NCBI GenBank assembly: GCA_963815115.1 | Contig: CAWFFN010000007.1 | Location: 896,001 to 960,000 of the forward strand | Origin: an uncultured delta proteobacterium | GTDB lineage: Bacteria; Desulfobacterota; Binatia; DP-6 | Length of the DNA: 64,000 nt | Reading direction: 5' to 3' | Shown: in pieces, positions 53,295 to 63,338 of the stretch | Layout of the letters: each line of letters starts with the position of its first letter | Position numbering within the stretch: position 1 is the stretch's first letter | The notes under the pieces: generated by a model | Databases searched by the model: none | What the model was told of the DNA's origin: nothing | Seen by the model: the letters and a program-made list of their open reading frames with translations, nothing else | Position numbers and translations under genes: made by a program

Positions 53295-54651
53295 CCGGAC
53301 TCGGTCGCACGCGGGTCGCCTCGTCCTGCTCGTCCTGGCGGCGCTCGCGGCCGGTCCGATCCGGCCGGCGGCCGCGCTGGACATCAAGCTGTGGCCGTTC
53401 TTCCGCTACGCTCGCAACGACGAGCGCGGCGAGCTGCGCTGGTCCGCCCTGGGCCCGCTCATCGAGTACGTGCGCACGCCCGGGCTGCGCGATCTCCGCA
53501 TCCGTCCCCTCCTCTGGCTGACACGCCGGCTCGGCTCCGACCGCGACGAGCGCATGGAGATACTCTCGCCCCTGTTGTCGGCACGCCGGCAGGGCGACGA
53601 CGAGTCGCTTCGCTTTCTCCTCTTCTCCCGCCACTGGACCGCGCCGCGTTCGGGCGCTGCCCGGGGGACGTCCTCGTTCACCTTCTTCCCGTTCGTCTTC
53701 TACCGCTCCGACGCCGAGCACGGCACGCACCTCGGCGTCCTGCCCTTCTACCTCGACCTGAACGATGTCTTCGGCTACGAACGGGTCCGTACCGTGCTCT
53801 TTCCCGCCTACCTCGAGCTCGACGAGCCGCGGGTCGAACGGCGGTTCTACGGCTTTCCCTTCGTGTCCACGGTCGGTGGCGAGGACGGCAGCGGGTGGCG
53901 CGTCTGGCCGTTCTACGGCTCGACCGCGATCGCGGGACGGGAGCGGACCCGCTACGTGCTGTGGCCGTTCTACGTCGACAGCGCGCGCCTGGTGCCCGAG
54001 TACGGCTGGGAGCACCGGCTGCTCGTCCTCCCGGCGTACGCGGCGCTCGACGCGGACGAGCGGACGAGCCGCGGCTATGGCGTCCTCGCCTACACGCACA
54101 CGATCGACCAGCGCCAGGGCTACGAGGCCATCGGCTCACCCTGGCCGGTGGTCTTTCGCGATCGCCGGCTCGGCGAGGAAGGCTACCGGGTCTGGCGCCT
54201 GGCGCCGGTCTATGGCCGGAGCGACCGCGACGGGATCCGCTCCCGTTTCATCCTGTGGCCGCTCTATCGCGAGACCGACCAGGAGGACGGCGAGTTCCGC
54301 TTTCATCGTCGCGACGGCTTGCTGGTCGTGTGGCGCCACCAGCGCGAGCGCGATCCGGCCACCGGGCACTCGCGCGCGCTCGACACCCTGCTCGGCGTCC
54401 TGCGCAGCGACGCGACCGATGGCCGGCCCGCGGGCCAGGTGCCCGCTCTCATGGACAGCCTGGTGCCGGCAAATCGCGGCGTCCTGGCGATGTGGGCGCC
54501 GCTCTGGGGGCTGTTCCGCTGGGACACGAGCCCGGGTGGCCATCTCGACTGGAGCCTGCTGTGGGGGCTCGCGTCGCGCGAGCGCGGTCACCTGCGGCCG
54601 CCCTGGTTCGTCGACACGGCACCGGCGACGGAGGACGGCGATGGCAGCTGA
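53257..54651 (+). CDS. Aromatic-rich repeat protein, probably envelope/outer membrane
   Basis: Signal-like segment; repeated (L/W)PF(F/Y) motifs; overlaps mlaE; start uncertain. Confidence 0.7.
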   Translation: MPATCAASTSRCSRTRSHAGRLVLLVLAALAAGPIRPAAALDIKLWPFFRYARNDERGELRWSALGPLIEYVRTPGLRDLRIRPLLWLTRRLGSDRDERMEILSPLLSARRQGDDESLRFLLFSRHWTAPRSGAARGTSSFTFFPFVFYRSDAEHGTHLGVLPFYLDLNDVFGYERVRTVLFPAYLELDEPRVERRFYGFPFVSTVGGEDGSGWRVWPFYGSTAIAGRERTRYVLWPFYVDSARLVPEYGWEHRLLVLPAYAALDADERTSRGYGVLAYTHTIDQRQGYEAIGSPWPVVFRDRRLGEEGYRVWRLAPVYGRSDRDGIRSRFILWPLYRETDQEDGEFRFHRRDGLLVVWRHQRERDPATGHSRALDTLLGVLRSDATDGRPAGQVPALMDSLVPANRGVLAMWAPLWGLFRWDTSPGGHLDWSLLWGLASRERGHLRPPWFVDTAPATEDGDGS

Positions 54652-55444
54652 CGCGGACGCGCTCACCACGGGCATCACGGCACGGACCGGGAGCGCCGTG
54701 CTCTCCACGCTCCAGCTCATCGGCGAGGGCACGCTGCTGTTCGCCGCCGCGTGCAGCAAGCTGCGCTTCGGAGCAAGGGACCGGGCCCGCATCGTCGCCC
54801 AGCTGGTCCGCGTCGGCACCGACACGGTGCCGATCGCCGCCACCCTGTCGCTCTTCGTCGGCATGGTGCTGGTCGTGCAATCGGCCGACCAGCTGCGCAA
54901 CGTCAGCCAGAGCGTCCTCGGCCCGATCGTCGGGCTGGCCATGACCAAGGAGATGGGACCCGTGATGATGGGCTTCCTCCTCGCCGGGCGCACGGGCTCG
55001 TCGATCGCCGCCGAGCTCGGCTCCATGACCGTCTACGACGAGATCAGCGCGCTCCGCACCATGGACATCGATCCGGTGCGCTTCCTGGTCGTCCCCCGGC
55101 TCGTCGCCGCCGCCGTCGCCCTCCCGATCCTCGTGCTCTACGCCGACTTCGTCGGCGTGCTGGGCGGAGCGGCGGTGGTCGCGGTCGATCCCGCCATGCA
55201 GCTCTCCGTCCCCGAGTACTTCGCTCGCATGTTCGAATGGGTGAAGCTGAGCGACGTCCTGGTGGGCCTCGTGAAGGGCTTCTGCTTCGGCGTGGTGGCC
55301 GCGATCGTGCCGTGCACCTTCGGGCTGCGCACCCGCGGCGGCGCCGAGGGCATCGCGGCGTCCACGACCGCCGCGGTCGTGTGGAGCTTCGTGTGGATCC
55401 TCATCCTCGACTTCCTCATCGTCCGCCTGAGCTTCGCCCTGTGA
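54641..55444 (+). CDS. mlaE: MlaE-family ABC permease
   Basis: KEMGPV..AGRTGSSIAAELGSM, DPVRFLVVPR. Confidence 0.9.
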   Translation: MAADADALTTGITARTGSAVLSTLQLIGEGTLLFAAACSKLRFGARDRARIVAQLVRVGTDTVPIAATLSLFVGMVLVVQSADQLRNVSQSVLGPIVGLAMTKEMGPVMMGFLLAGRTGSSIAAELGSMTVYDEISALRTMDIDPVRFLVVPRLVAAAVALPILVLYADFVGVLGGAAVVAVDPAMQLSVPEYFARMFEWVKLSDVLVGLVKGFCFGVVAAIVPCTFGLRTRGGAEGIAASTTAAVVWSFVWILILDFLIVRLSFAL

Positions 55445-56202
55445 CCGGCCGCGGCAGACACGGGGTCGCCGTCGTTCTCGACGGTGTCCGCAAGCGCTAC
55501 GGCGCGCAGGAGGTACTCGCGGGTGTGGATCTCGAGGCGCGAGCGGGCGAGCTGCTCGCGATCGTCGGCCAGAGCGGCCAGGGCAAATCCGTCCTGCTGC
55601 GCCAGATCGTCGGCCTGGAGCGTCCGGATGCCGGCCGCATCGTCGTCGGCGACCTCCCGCTCGAACGCTACCTGGCACTGCCCGCGGACGAGAAGCCCTT
55701 CCGGATCGCCATGGTCTTCCAGGGCTCCGCCCTGCTCGGCTCGCTCACCGTGGGCGAGAACGTCGCCCTGCGCCTCCGCGAGCACCCCCAGGGGGCGCCG
55801 GCCGACGTCGCGGCCACGGTGCGCCGTGTCCTCGAGCAGGTGGAGCTCGGCGACGCCGCGGCCAGCTTGCCATCGGAGATCTCGGGCGGCATGCGCAAGC
55901 GCGCCGCGATCGCCCGCGCGCTCGCCATCGACCCGGAGCTGATCCTCTACGACGAGCCCACCGCCGACCTGGACCCCATCCTCACCGAGCAGATCGGCAC
56001 GCTGATCGCTCGCATCCGGACGGCGCGCGGCAGCACGCAGGTGATCGTCACCCACAACCTCGGCCTGGCCCGCGCCATCGCCGACCGCATCGCGGTCCTC
56101 GACGGCGGGCGCATCGTCGAGTGCACGCCGGCGGCGGAGCTGTCGGCGAGCACGCACCCGCTCACGCGGGAGTTCCTGCGCGCCGCCGGACTGGGCTGTT
56201 AG
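55441..56202 (+). CDS. mlaF: MlaF-family ABC ATPase
   Basis: GQSGQGKS, ISGGMRKR, LYDEPT. Confidence 0.9.
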   Translation: MTGRGRHGVAVVLDGVRKRYGAQEVLAGVDLEARAGELLAIVGQSGQGKSVLLRQIVGLERPDAGRIVVGDLPLERYLALPADEKPFRIAMVFQGSALLGSLTVGENVALRLREHPQGAPADVAATVRRVLEQVELGDAAASLPSEISGGMRKRAAIARALAIDPELILYDEPTADLDPILTEQIGTLIARIRTARGSTQVIVTHNLGLARAIADRIAVLDGGRIVECTPAAELSASTHPLTREFLRAAGLGC

Positions 56203-56374
56203 TCCACTCGGTCGCCGATGACCACCCTCGCGGCCGATGGGGGCTGGCACACGCTAGCGCCGGGCGGGACCTTCTCGACGGTGTCCGTGACGGGCGGCGT
56301 ACCCCGGACCGGCCCGTCGAGCACTAGTTTTTTTCGTCGAGGCGGAGGGAGGAGCCCTCCGCCCGGGATCAGGG

Positions 56375-57796
56375 CTAGGGCAGAGTCGATGGCACGCAGA
56401 GCTCGTCGTACTGCGTGATGAAGGGCTGGCTCGTGAACTGCGTCGTCGAGGGCCCGAACTGGTTGTTGAGGAAGACGTTGAGGGTCCCGAAACCCGTCTG
56501 CTCGGTGGTGTGGAAGCAGAGCAGGAAGTTGGGATCCGTCAGCGCGTCGGGGTCGCCGCCGTTCTTGCTGACCGGCGCGCAGAGCTTCGTCGCGTTGAGA
56601 TTCCCCACGCTCACGGTCGTGGCGGCGAACTGGCTTTCCACCGAGATGCCGGCCGGCCTCGGACCCACGACCCCCTCGAGGTTGTGGCACAGGAAGTGGC
56701 GGATGCCGGACGGAATCTGCGCGGGCGGCGGCGGCACCAGGCTCTTGGCCGTCGGCACGAACAACCGCACGGGGTTGCGGACGTCGACCGTGTAGGTGCC
56801 GAACTGGTTGACAACCTGAACGTCGTTCGGCTCCGGAAGGTTGGGGACCACCTTCACGAAGTCGTAGCCGGTCAGGTGCTCCGGCCGTTGTGGCGCGATC
56901 GGGTCCTCGCCGTTCTTGTTCGTGGGCGCGCAGAGCCGGTGCCCGCGGTCCAAGGTCGCCGTGTACATCCCGAAGACGTCCTCGAGGTTCACCACGGGCT
57001 TGGGCTGCGGCAGGTTGGCGCCGCGCATCTGGTAGCAGTCGAAGTGCAGGGTCACGACGGGGGGGCCGGTCGTCGTGGTGGTCGACGTCGTGGTGGTCGT
57101 CGTCGAGCTGGTCGTGGTCGACGTGGTGGTGGTGGTGGTGGTGGTGGTCGTCGTCGAGGTGGTGGTGCTCGTCGAGGTGGTGGTGCTCGTCGAGGTGGTG
57201 GTGGTCGTCGAGGTGGTGGTGGTCGAGGTGGTGGTGGTCGTCGTCGTGGTCGTCGGACAGACGCAGCTGTCGATCACCTGCCCTTGGCTGTCGACGAACG
57301 CGAACCCCGCCGCGCTGTTCGGGGAGCCGTTGTCGACGCCGTCATTGACGATGTCGTTGTTCGAATTGTTCCCGTTCGTCTTGTAGGCGACGATGCTCGT
57401 CTGGCAGGCGCACACCGTTGGCCCGTTCGGCGCCGCATACGTGAAGGTGATGGTGCACCCTGCTCCTGGACACGAGGACAAGCTGCCGCAAACGGTCTCA
57501 TTGCCGAACTGGCTGCTCTTGATGATGACATCGACGCCAGCGGGACCGCTCGAGCACGTCTCGGTGCCGAGCACGTCCGTCGCCCCGATGATCTTCGAGG
57601 TGATCGTCACCCCGGGCATGAGGGCGTAGTGAGTGGGGTTGAAGCCAGGAAGCGAGGTCGCGCCCGTGCAGCCGCTCACCGCCGGCGTGTTGCACAGCGA
57701 GCCAGCTGCGTTGGCGGCGGTTGCCGCCCTCGGTGCCGCTGCGATCGAAAGCAACGCGAACAGAGCAGCCTCGACCGCGACGATCGTCCGAACCAT
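56375..57796 (-). CDS. Secreted Cys-rich protein with Thr/Ser linker and repeated C-terminal domain
   Basis: Signal peptide; long T/S tract; repeats HF.C..(N/S)QF..LC.P..KN. Confidence 0.8.
   Translation of the reverse strand: MVRTIVAVEAALFALLSIAAAPRAATAANAAGSLCNTPAVSGCTGATSLPGFNPTHYALMPGVTITSKIIGATDVLGTETCSSGPAGVDVIIKSSQFGNETVCGSLSSCPGAGCTITFTYAAPNGPTVCACQTSIVAYKTNGNNSNNDIVNDGVDNGSPNSAAGFAFVDSQGQVIDSCVCPTTTTTTTTTSTTTTSTTTTTSTSTTTSTSTTTSTTTTTTTTTTTSTTTSSTTTTTTSTTTTTGPPVVTLHFDCYQMRGANLPQPKPVVNLEDVFGMYTATLDRGHRLCAPTNKNGEDPIAPQRPEHLTGYDFVKVVPNLPEPNDVQVVNQFGTYTVDVRNPVRLFVPTAKSLVPPPPAQIPSGIRHFLCHNLEGVVGPRPAGISVESQFAATTVSVGNLNATKLCAPVSKNGGDPDALTDPNFLLCFHTTEQTGFGTLNVFLNNQFGPSTTQFTSQPFITQYDELCVPSTLP
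57070..57255 (-). repeat. Low-complexity ACC/ACG/TCG codon repeat (Thr/Ser linker)
   Basis: (GGT)n and GTCGAG runs on the plus strand. Confidence 0.9.
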
Positions 57797-58165
57797 CTCG
57801 TGTGCCTCCCTGAGTGCGACCTGGCGGCAGTTCGTGTGGTCCAGACCCAAATCACCACAAGTTGGCCTTCGCTGTCAACGGGACCATCGGGTCGCGCAGG
57901 TCATCTCGGCTACGCCGCGTCACCCTCACCAGGCGCGCGACCTCACGTCGGCCCGGCCCTTCCATAGGAGCGGCCGGGTCCCGATGACATCACGTCGATC
58001 CACCGCCGCGAGCCGTGCGTGCCGTCCACGCAGCAGTGGCGGCGTGGCGCTTCCGGAAGGCATGTCGGCGGCGGTGACCCCTCCGCCGCTCCTTGCGGCG
58101 CACGTCCGGGCCGTGATTATGGCCCTGGCGCGGGTCGTGCCGCGTGAGTCGTTCCGGAGGTTGCC

Positions 58166-59131
58166 ATGAGCAGCGAGCAGCGCATCGGCCTCTTCTTCCT
58201 CGCCGGCCTCGTCCTGCTGGCGGTCGCGGTGGAGCTGACGCTCGGCCTCGGCCTCTTCCGCCGGCGCTACCAGCTGCACGCCGACTTCACCGACGTCCAG
58301 GGGCTCGATCGCGGCGCCGACGTCCGCCTCGCCGGGCTGCGCGCCGGCCGCGTCGAGGATCTCCGGCTCGAGGGCGATCACGTGCGCGTGACGATGGCCA
58401 TCGACGGCAACTTGACCGTGCGGCGCGACGCGGTGGCGAAGCTCGACTTCCGGGCGCTCAGCGGCGAGCGCTTCGTGTCGCTCACCCTGGGAACGCCGAC
58501 GGCGCCTCCTGCCGGTCCCGACGATGTCCTCACCGGGGAGACGCCGGCCGGCATCGCCGACGCCGTCGATCAGCTGGCGCGCGTCGCGCAGACGGTCGAT
58601 CAGCTGGCGAGCACGCTCGACGCGGAGGCCGGCCGTCTGCTGGTCTCGCTGGCCGACGTCGTGGAGGAGAACCGGACCGCGCTCAACGACGTCGCGTCGC
58701 ACGTCGCGTCGATCAGCCAGAAGCTGGACCGCGGCACCGGCACCCTGGGCAAGCTCCTCAACGATCCCGCGCTCTACGACCGCATCAACGGGACCGTGGG
58801 GGACGTGCGGCAGTCGGTACAGGACATCGGGGCGGTCGCCCAGAATCTGCGCTCGGGCCAGGGCACGCTCGGAAAGCTCCTGGCAAAGGACGACGCCCTC
58901 TACGACCAGGTGCAGGACACCATCGACAATCTGGCCAGCGCCGCGCGCAACGCCCAGGAGATCACCGACGGGCTGCGGGCCGGCGAGGGCACGCTCGGTA
59001 AGGCCCTGGTCGACAACTCGCTCTACGACCAGTCGCTCGACACGCTGCGCACGGCGAACCGCGCCGCGCAGTCGGTCGAGGATCAGGCGCCGATCAGCAT
59101 CCTCGGGACGATCGTGACGAGCCTGTTCTGA
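58166..59131 (+). CDS. mlaD: MlaD/MCE protein with helical extension
   Basis: IGLFFL TM, GLDRGADVRLAG..GRV, GTLGKL repeats. Confidence 0.88.
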   Translation: MSSEQRIGLFFLAGLVLLAVAVELTLGLGLFRRRYQLHADFTDVQGLDRGADVRLAGLRAGRVEDLRLEGDHVRVTMAIDGNLTVRRDAVAKLDFRALSGERFVSLTLGTPTAPPAGPDDVLTGETPAGIADAVDQLARVAQTVDQLASTLDAEAGRLLVSLADVVEENRTALNDVASHVASISQKLDRGTGTLGKLLNDPALYDRINGTVGDVRQSVQDIGAVAQNLRSGQGTLGKLLAKDDALYDQVQDTIDNLASAARNAQEITDGLRAGEGTLGKALVDNSLYDQSLDTLRTANRAAQSVEDQAPISILGTIVTSLF

Positions 59132-59137
59132 CGGAGC

Positions 59138-59887
59138 TCACCCCTGCATGGTGAGGCCGCCGGACACGCTCAGCACCTGCCCCGTGACGTACGCCGCCCC
59201 GTCCGAGAGCAGGTAGACCACCGCCGGGGCGATGTCCTCGGGACGTCCGAGGCGCCCCAACGGAACCGCACGCCGCATGCCCGCCAGCACCTTCTGTCCC
59301 TGCTCGCCCGCCATCACCGACTCGAGGAGTGCGGTCTCGGTCGGTCCCGGGCAGACGCAGTTCACGGTGATGCCGTGGCGGGCGACCTCGCGGGCCAGCG
59401 CCTTGGAGAAGCCGATCACGCCCGCCTTGCAGCCCGAGTAGACCGCCTCGCCCGAGCTGCCGACGCGGCCGGCATCGGACGAGATGCTGACGATGCGTCC
59501 CGCGCCGCGCTCGATCATCCGCGGCAGCACCGCGTAGGTCGCGTTCAGCGGGCCCCTCAGGTTCACGTTGATGACGCGATCCCACAGGTCGGGAGGACCG
59601 TCCGCAAAGCGGGCGAGCGTGTCCCAGCCCGCATTGTTGACCAATGCCGCGACCGGCCCCAGCTCCCGCTCCACCGCATCGCACGCCGCCGACGTGGCGG
59701 GCAGATCGGTGACGTCGGCTGCCAGCCCCACGGCCTTGCCTCCCCCCGAGACGATCTCCTGCGCGACCGCGGCCGCGGAGTCGCCGACGAGGTCGAGCAC
59801 GCCCACGGCCCAGCCGTCGTGCGCCAGGGCGAGGGCGATGGCTCGGCCGATGCCCCGGCCGCCGCCGGTCACGACCGCGACGCGCAC
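59138..59887 (-). CDS. SDR oxidoreductase (BadH/FabG-like)
   Basis: TGGGRGIG, NNAGWD, SDAGRVGS, YSGCK. Confidence 0.9.
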   Translation of the reverse strand: MRVAVVTGGGRGIGRAIALALAHDGWAVGVLDLVGDSAAAVAQEIVSGGGKAVGLAADVTDLPATSAACDAVERELGPVAALVNNAGWDTLARFADGPPDLWDRVINVNLRGPLNATYAVLPRMIERGAGRIVSISSDAGRVGSSGEAVYSGCKAGVIGFSKALAREVARHGITVNCVCPGPTETALLESVMAGEQGQKVLAGMRRAVPLGRLGRPEDIAPAVVYLLSDGAAYVTGQVLSVSGGLTMQG

Positions 59888-59890
59888 CGG

Positions 59891-60307
59891 CTACGCGCCC
59901 CCAGGGACGGCCGCCGTGAAGCTGCCCGTCACGGCCGTCTCGCCCTTCTGATTGGTCGCCACGCACTCGCCGTCGATGCGGGCCTCGCCGGCCTCCTCGT
60001 AGCGTCGCGTGACCGTCCCGGTGCAGGTGATCGTGTCGCCCGGCCACACCCGGGTCGCGAAGCGCACCTTGTAGCGGCGCAGGTTCCCGGCGCCGACGAA
60101 GTCGGTCAGGCACCGCGCGACGAAGCCCGCCGTCAGCATGCCGTGCCCGAACACCGTGGGGTTGCCGGCAGCGCGGGCGAACGTCTCGTCGTGGTGGATC
60201 GGGTTGAAGTCCCCCGACGCGCCCGCGTAGCGCACCAGATCGGTGCGCGTGAGGTTCTCGACCACGACGGGTGGGATGGTGGCGCTCTCGACGAACCGGT
60301 CGCCCAT
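59891..60307 (-). CDS. MaoC-like dehydratase
   Basis: YAGASGDFNPIHHD, GHGM. Confidence 0.9.
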   Translation of the reverse strand: MGDRFVESATIPPVVVENLTRTDLVRYAGASGDFNPIHHDETFARAAGNPTVFGHGMLTAGFVARCLTDFVGAGNLRRYKVRFATRVWPGDTITCTGTVTRRYEEAGEARIDGECVATNQKGETAVTGSFTAAVPGGA

Positions 60308-60311
60308 GACG

Positions 60312-60758
60312 TCACTCCTTGACGGCGTCGGCGGTCTCGATCGCGGTGTTGCGCGTGTAGGCGACCACCTCGCCGTGCTGGTTGCGGTACTCGGTCTCGC
60401 CGATGATGAAGGTCATGGTGCCGCCGCGCCGGCCCTGCTTCTCGAACACGTCCTTGGTGCGCGAGCGGAAGGTGAGGACGTCGCCGGCGCGGATCGGCTT
60501 CACGTACTCGAACTCCTGCTCGCCGTGGAGGAGGCGCCGGTAGTCGAGCTTCACCGCGCTGCGCGTCTCGCCCAGGTCGCGGATCCAGTGCGCGATGGTC
60601 ATCAGGAACGTGGGCGGGGCGAGTGCCCCGTCGTCGGCGAGCCATGCCGGGTTGTGGTCCTTCACCGCGCGGGCGAACTCCCGGATCTTGCCGGTCTCGA
60701 CCCGCATGGTGCTCTCGGGACCCCAGACGCCGAGCAGGCTGCGGTCGATCTCTGCCAT
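60312..60758 (-). CDS. MaoC N-terminal-type (hotdog) dehydratase partner
   Basis: IREFARAV, APPTF, LLHGEQEFEY. Confidence 0.88.
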   Translation of the reverse strand: MAEIDRSLLGVWGPESTMRVETGKIREFARAVKDHNPAWLADDGALAPPTFLMTIAHWIRDLGETRSAVKLDYRRLLHGEQEFEYVKPIRAGDVLTFRSRTKDVFEKQGRRGGTMTFIIGETEYRNQHGEVVAYTRNTAIETADAVKE

Positions 60759-60768
60759 CGTCCCGTGC

Positions 60769-61902
60769 CTAGAGATCGATGTGCTGTGCCACCAGCTCGC
60801 GGTTCCAGGTGGCGTCGCCGAAGGTGACCTCGGAGCTCTTGGCACGCTTGAAGTAGATGTGCATGTCGTGCTCCCAGGTGAACCCGATCCCGCCGTGGAT
60901 CTGGATGCCCTCGCCGGCGGTGTGGCGGTAGGCATCGGAGCAGTACGCCTTCGCCATGGCGGCGGCCAGCGGCGCCTCGGCGACGTCGTTCGCCACCGCC
61001 CACGCGGCGTAGTAGGTGACCGACTTCGAGCTCTCGACCTCCACCAGCATGTTGGCGCACTTGTGCTGGATCGCCTGGAAGCTTCCGATGGGCTTGCCGA
61101 ACTGCTCGCGGACCTTGGCGTACTCGACGCTCATCTCGAGCACCCGCTGCGCTCCGCCGCACATCTCGGCGCACAGGCCGACCTTGCCGCCGTCGCCGAT
61201 GCGATCGAGCAGCTTCCAGCCCTCCCCCGGCGCGCCGAGGACGCGGTCGGCGGGCACCCGCACGTCCTTCAGCACCACCTCGGCCAGCTTGCGCGTCTGA
61301 TCCATCGTCTTGAGCTGGGTCGTCGTGATGCCCGGCGCCTTGGCGTCGACCAGGAAAAGCGTGAGGCCGTCCGCGCCCTTCGAGCCAGGCGCCCGCGCCG
61401 CCACCACCATCAGGTCGGCGGTGTGCGCGTCGGGAACGAAGAGCTTCGTGCCCGAGAGCACGTAGGCGCTGCCGTCCTTCCGGGCCGCGAGCTGGATGCC
61501 GTCGGCGTCCCAGCGCCCGGACGGCTCGAGGTGAGCGAGCGTGACCTTCAGGTCGCCGGTGGCGAGCTTCGGCAGGTAGGCCTGGCGGATCGCGTCGCCA
61601 CCCGCGAGGAGCGCGACGCCCCCGAGCACCACCGTCGAGAAGAACGGCCCGGGAAGCACGACGCGGCCCATCTCCTCGAGCACCACCACCAGGTCGACGA
61701 AGTCGAGCCCGGCCCCGCCGTACTGCTCGGGCAGGATCAGCCCCATCCAGCCGAGGTCGGCCATTCGCTTCCACAGCTCGTCGGTGAAGCCGACCTCGTC
61801 CTCCATCATCTTGCGGACGAAGGTCATGGGCGCTTCCTTCGCGAGGAAATCACGCGCCGAGCTGCGCAGCATCTCCTGCTCTTCGCTGAAGCCGAAGTCC
61901 AT
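60769..61902 (-). CDS. Acyl-CoA dehydrogenase
   Basis: REQFGKPIGSFQAIQH, IQIHGGIGFTWEH. Confidence 0.92.
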   Translation of the reverse strand: MDFGFSEEQEMLRSSARDFLAKEAPMTFVRKMMEDEVGFTDELWKRMADLGWMGLILPEQYGGAGLDFVDLVVVLEEMGRVVLPGPFFSTVVLGGVALLAGGDAIRQAYLPKLATGDLKVTLAHLEPSGRWDADGIQLAARKDGSAYVLSGTKLFVPDAHTADLMVVAARAPGSKGADGLTLFLVDAKAPGITTTQLKTMDQTRKLAEVVLKDVRVPADRVLGAPGEGWKLLDRIGDGGKVGLCAEMCGGAQRVLEMSVEYAKVREQFGKPIGSFQAIQHKCANMLVEVESSKSVTYYAAWAVANDVAEAPLAAAMAKAYCSDAYRHTAGEGIQIHGGIGFTWEHDMHIYFKRAKSSEVTFGDATWNRELVAQHIDL

Positions 61903-61928
61903 AGCGGGGTTCCTCTTCTCTGGACGGG

Positions 61929-63317
61929 TTACGCGGGCCGTGCCTTCCAGAAGTAGTTGTTGAAGCCGCCACCCTCGTGGATGCGGCGGAACGTGAGCTC
62001 GAGCGGCATCTCGATCGCGACGCGCTCGGCGTCGCAGTCGGTGAGCTGGAGGTAGAGGCGCCCGCCGCCGTCGAGGTCGACGACGGCATGCGTGGTCGGG
62101 GGATCCGGGCTCTCGAACATGTGGTCGTTGGTGTACGTGAAGAGGACGCCACGGCGCGCGAGCCTGGTGTCTTCGAGGCCGCCGTCATGCCCGCACTCGA
62201 TGCACACGCGGTGCTTCGGGAACTGGACCGTGCCGCACGCCGGGCATCTGCCGCCGGACAGCGGCAGGAGCTCCTTGCGGTCGCGGAAGGCGATCACCGG
62301 CGAGGACTGATCGGGCGCGCCGGATTCCTTGCGCACGAGGCGGCGGAAACGCGCGTAGCGCCCGTAGGAGGGCAGCGTGCGCTTCACCTCGATCTGCTGG
62401 GCGACGCTCGCGCCGGCTGCGGCTCGTGCTCCTGTGGCGCGCAGGAGGATGGCGTCGGCGCCATCGCCGTACCCGCAGACCAGGATCAGGTCGCCGGCCT
62501 GGGCACGCTCGACCGCTGCGGCGAGCATGACCAGGGGCTGGGCGGCACCGCTGTCGCCCACCGTCATCCACAGCCCGTCCGCCAGCTGCGTCTTGGCGTC
62601 CAGGCCGAGCGCCCGGGCGACGCCCAGCGGGGCACGCGGGTTCGGCGTCGGCAGGACCGCGGTGGCGAGCGCGCCGGGAGCCACGTCGGCCTTCCTGAGC
62701 ACGCCCTGCGCGGCCTCCACGAGCACGCGCGAGTATCCGAACTTGCCCTCGAACGCACCCGGCACGCCGCGGGTGAACTCCTGGCCGCGCGTGCGCCAGG
62801 ACCCGAGAAACTCGTCCGCCACCGTGTGCGTCGCCACGATCTCGGCGACGCCGGGCCCGGCGCCGACCAGCAGGGCAGCGCCCGCGTCGCCGAAGCTCTG
62901 CTCCGCCGCGGACTCGGGCTCGCCGAGGCGGCAGTCCGCGGCCGTCACGAGAACGCACCTCGCGCTCCCGCTGGCGACCGCGTCCACGGCGGTGAGCACC
63001 GCCGACGTTCCGGCACGCAGGCTCGAGGTGAGGTCGAGCGTGCGAGCGGTCGCGGGCAGGTCCAGCACCGTGGCAATCGTCGCCGCGCCCTGCTTCTCCG
63101 CATAGGGCGACGAGGTGGTGGCGAAGAGCACGGCGTCGGGCGTGACCGCCGGCTCGAGGGCGAGGGCGGCGTTGACCGCCAGGGTGAGGCTGTCCTCGTC
63201 GTGGTTGGCGACGGCCTTCTCGCCACCGCCCGTCATGCCGCCCCATTGCGCCGCGATCACCTGGCGCGGCAGGCGGTAGCGGGGGATGGAGGCGGCGGCC
63301 GCCAGGATACCTGCCAT
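61929..63317 (-). CDS. HMG-CoA-synthase-fold protein fused to DUF35 Zn-ribbon/OB-fold
   Basis: DEDSLTLA, GDAGAA, YGDGAD; CPAC/CIEC; FNNYFWKARP. Confidence 0.85.
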   Translation of the reverse strand: MAGILAAAASIPRYRLPRQVIAAQWGGMTGGGEKAVANHDEDSLTLAVNAALALEPAVTPDAVLFATTSSPYAEKQGAATIATVLDLPATARTLDLTSSLRAGTSAVLTAVDAVASGSARCVLVTAADCRLGEPESAAEQSFGDAGAALLVGAGPGVAEIVATHTVADEFLGSWRTRGQEFTRGVPGAFEGKFGYSRVLVEAAQGVLRKADVAPGALATAVLPTPNPRAPLGVARALGLDAKTQLADGLWMTVGDSGAAQPLVMLAAAVERAQAGDLILVCGYGDGADAILLRATGARAAAGASVAQQIEVKRTLPSYGRYARFRRLVRKESGAPDQSSPVIAFRDRKELLPLSGGRCPACGTVQFPKHRVCIECGHDGGLEDTRLARRGVLFTYTNDHMFESPDPPTTHAVVDLDGGGRLYLQLTDCDAERVAIEMPLELTFRRIHEGGGFNNYFWKARPA

Positions 63318-63338
63318 GAGCGCGCCGACCCCTGGCGC

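Noticed and set aside
56341-56363. Hairpin GGCGGAGGG/CCCTCCGCC as an intrinsic terminator
   Set aside because: The T-run lies before the hairpin on plus and reads as an A-run after it on minus, so there is no U-tract in the required position.
57075-57386. Poly-Val and poly-Trp ORFs
   Set aside because: Antisense readings of the Thr/Ser linker.
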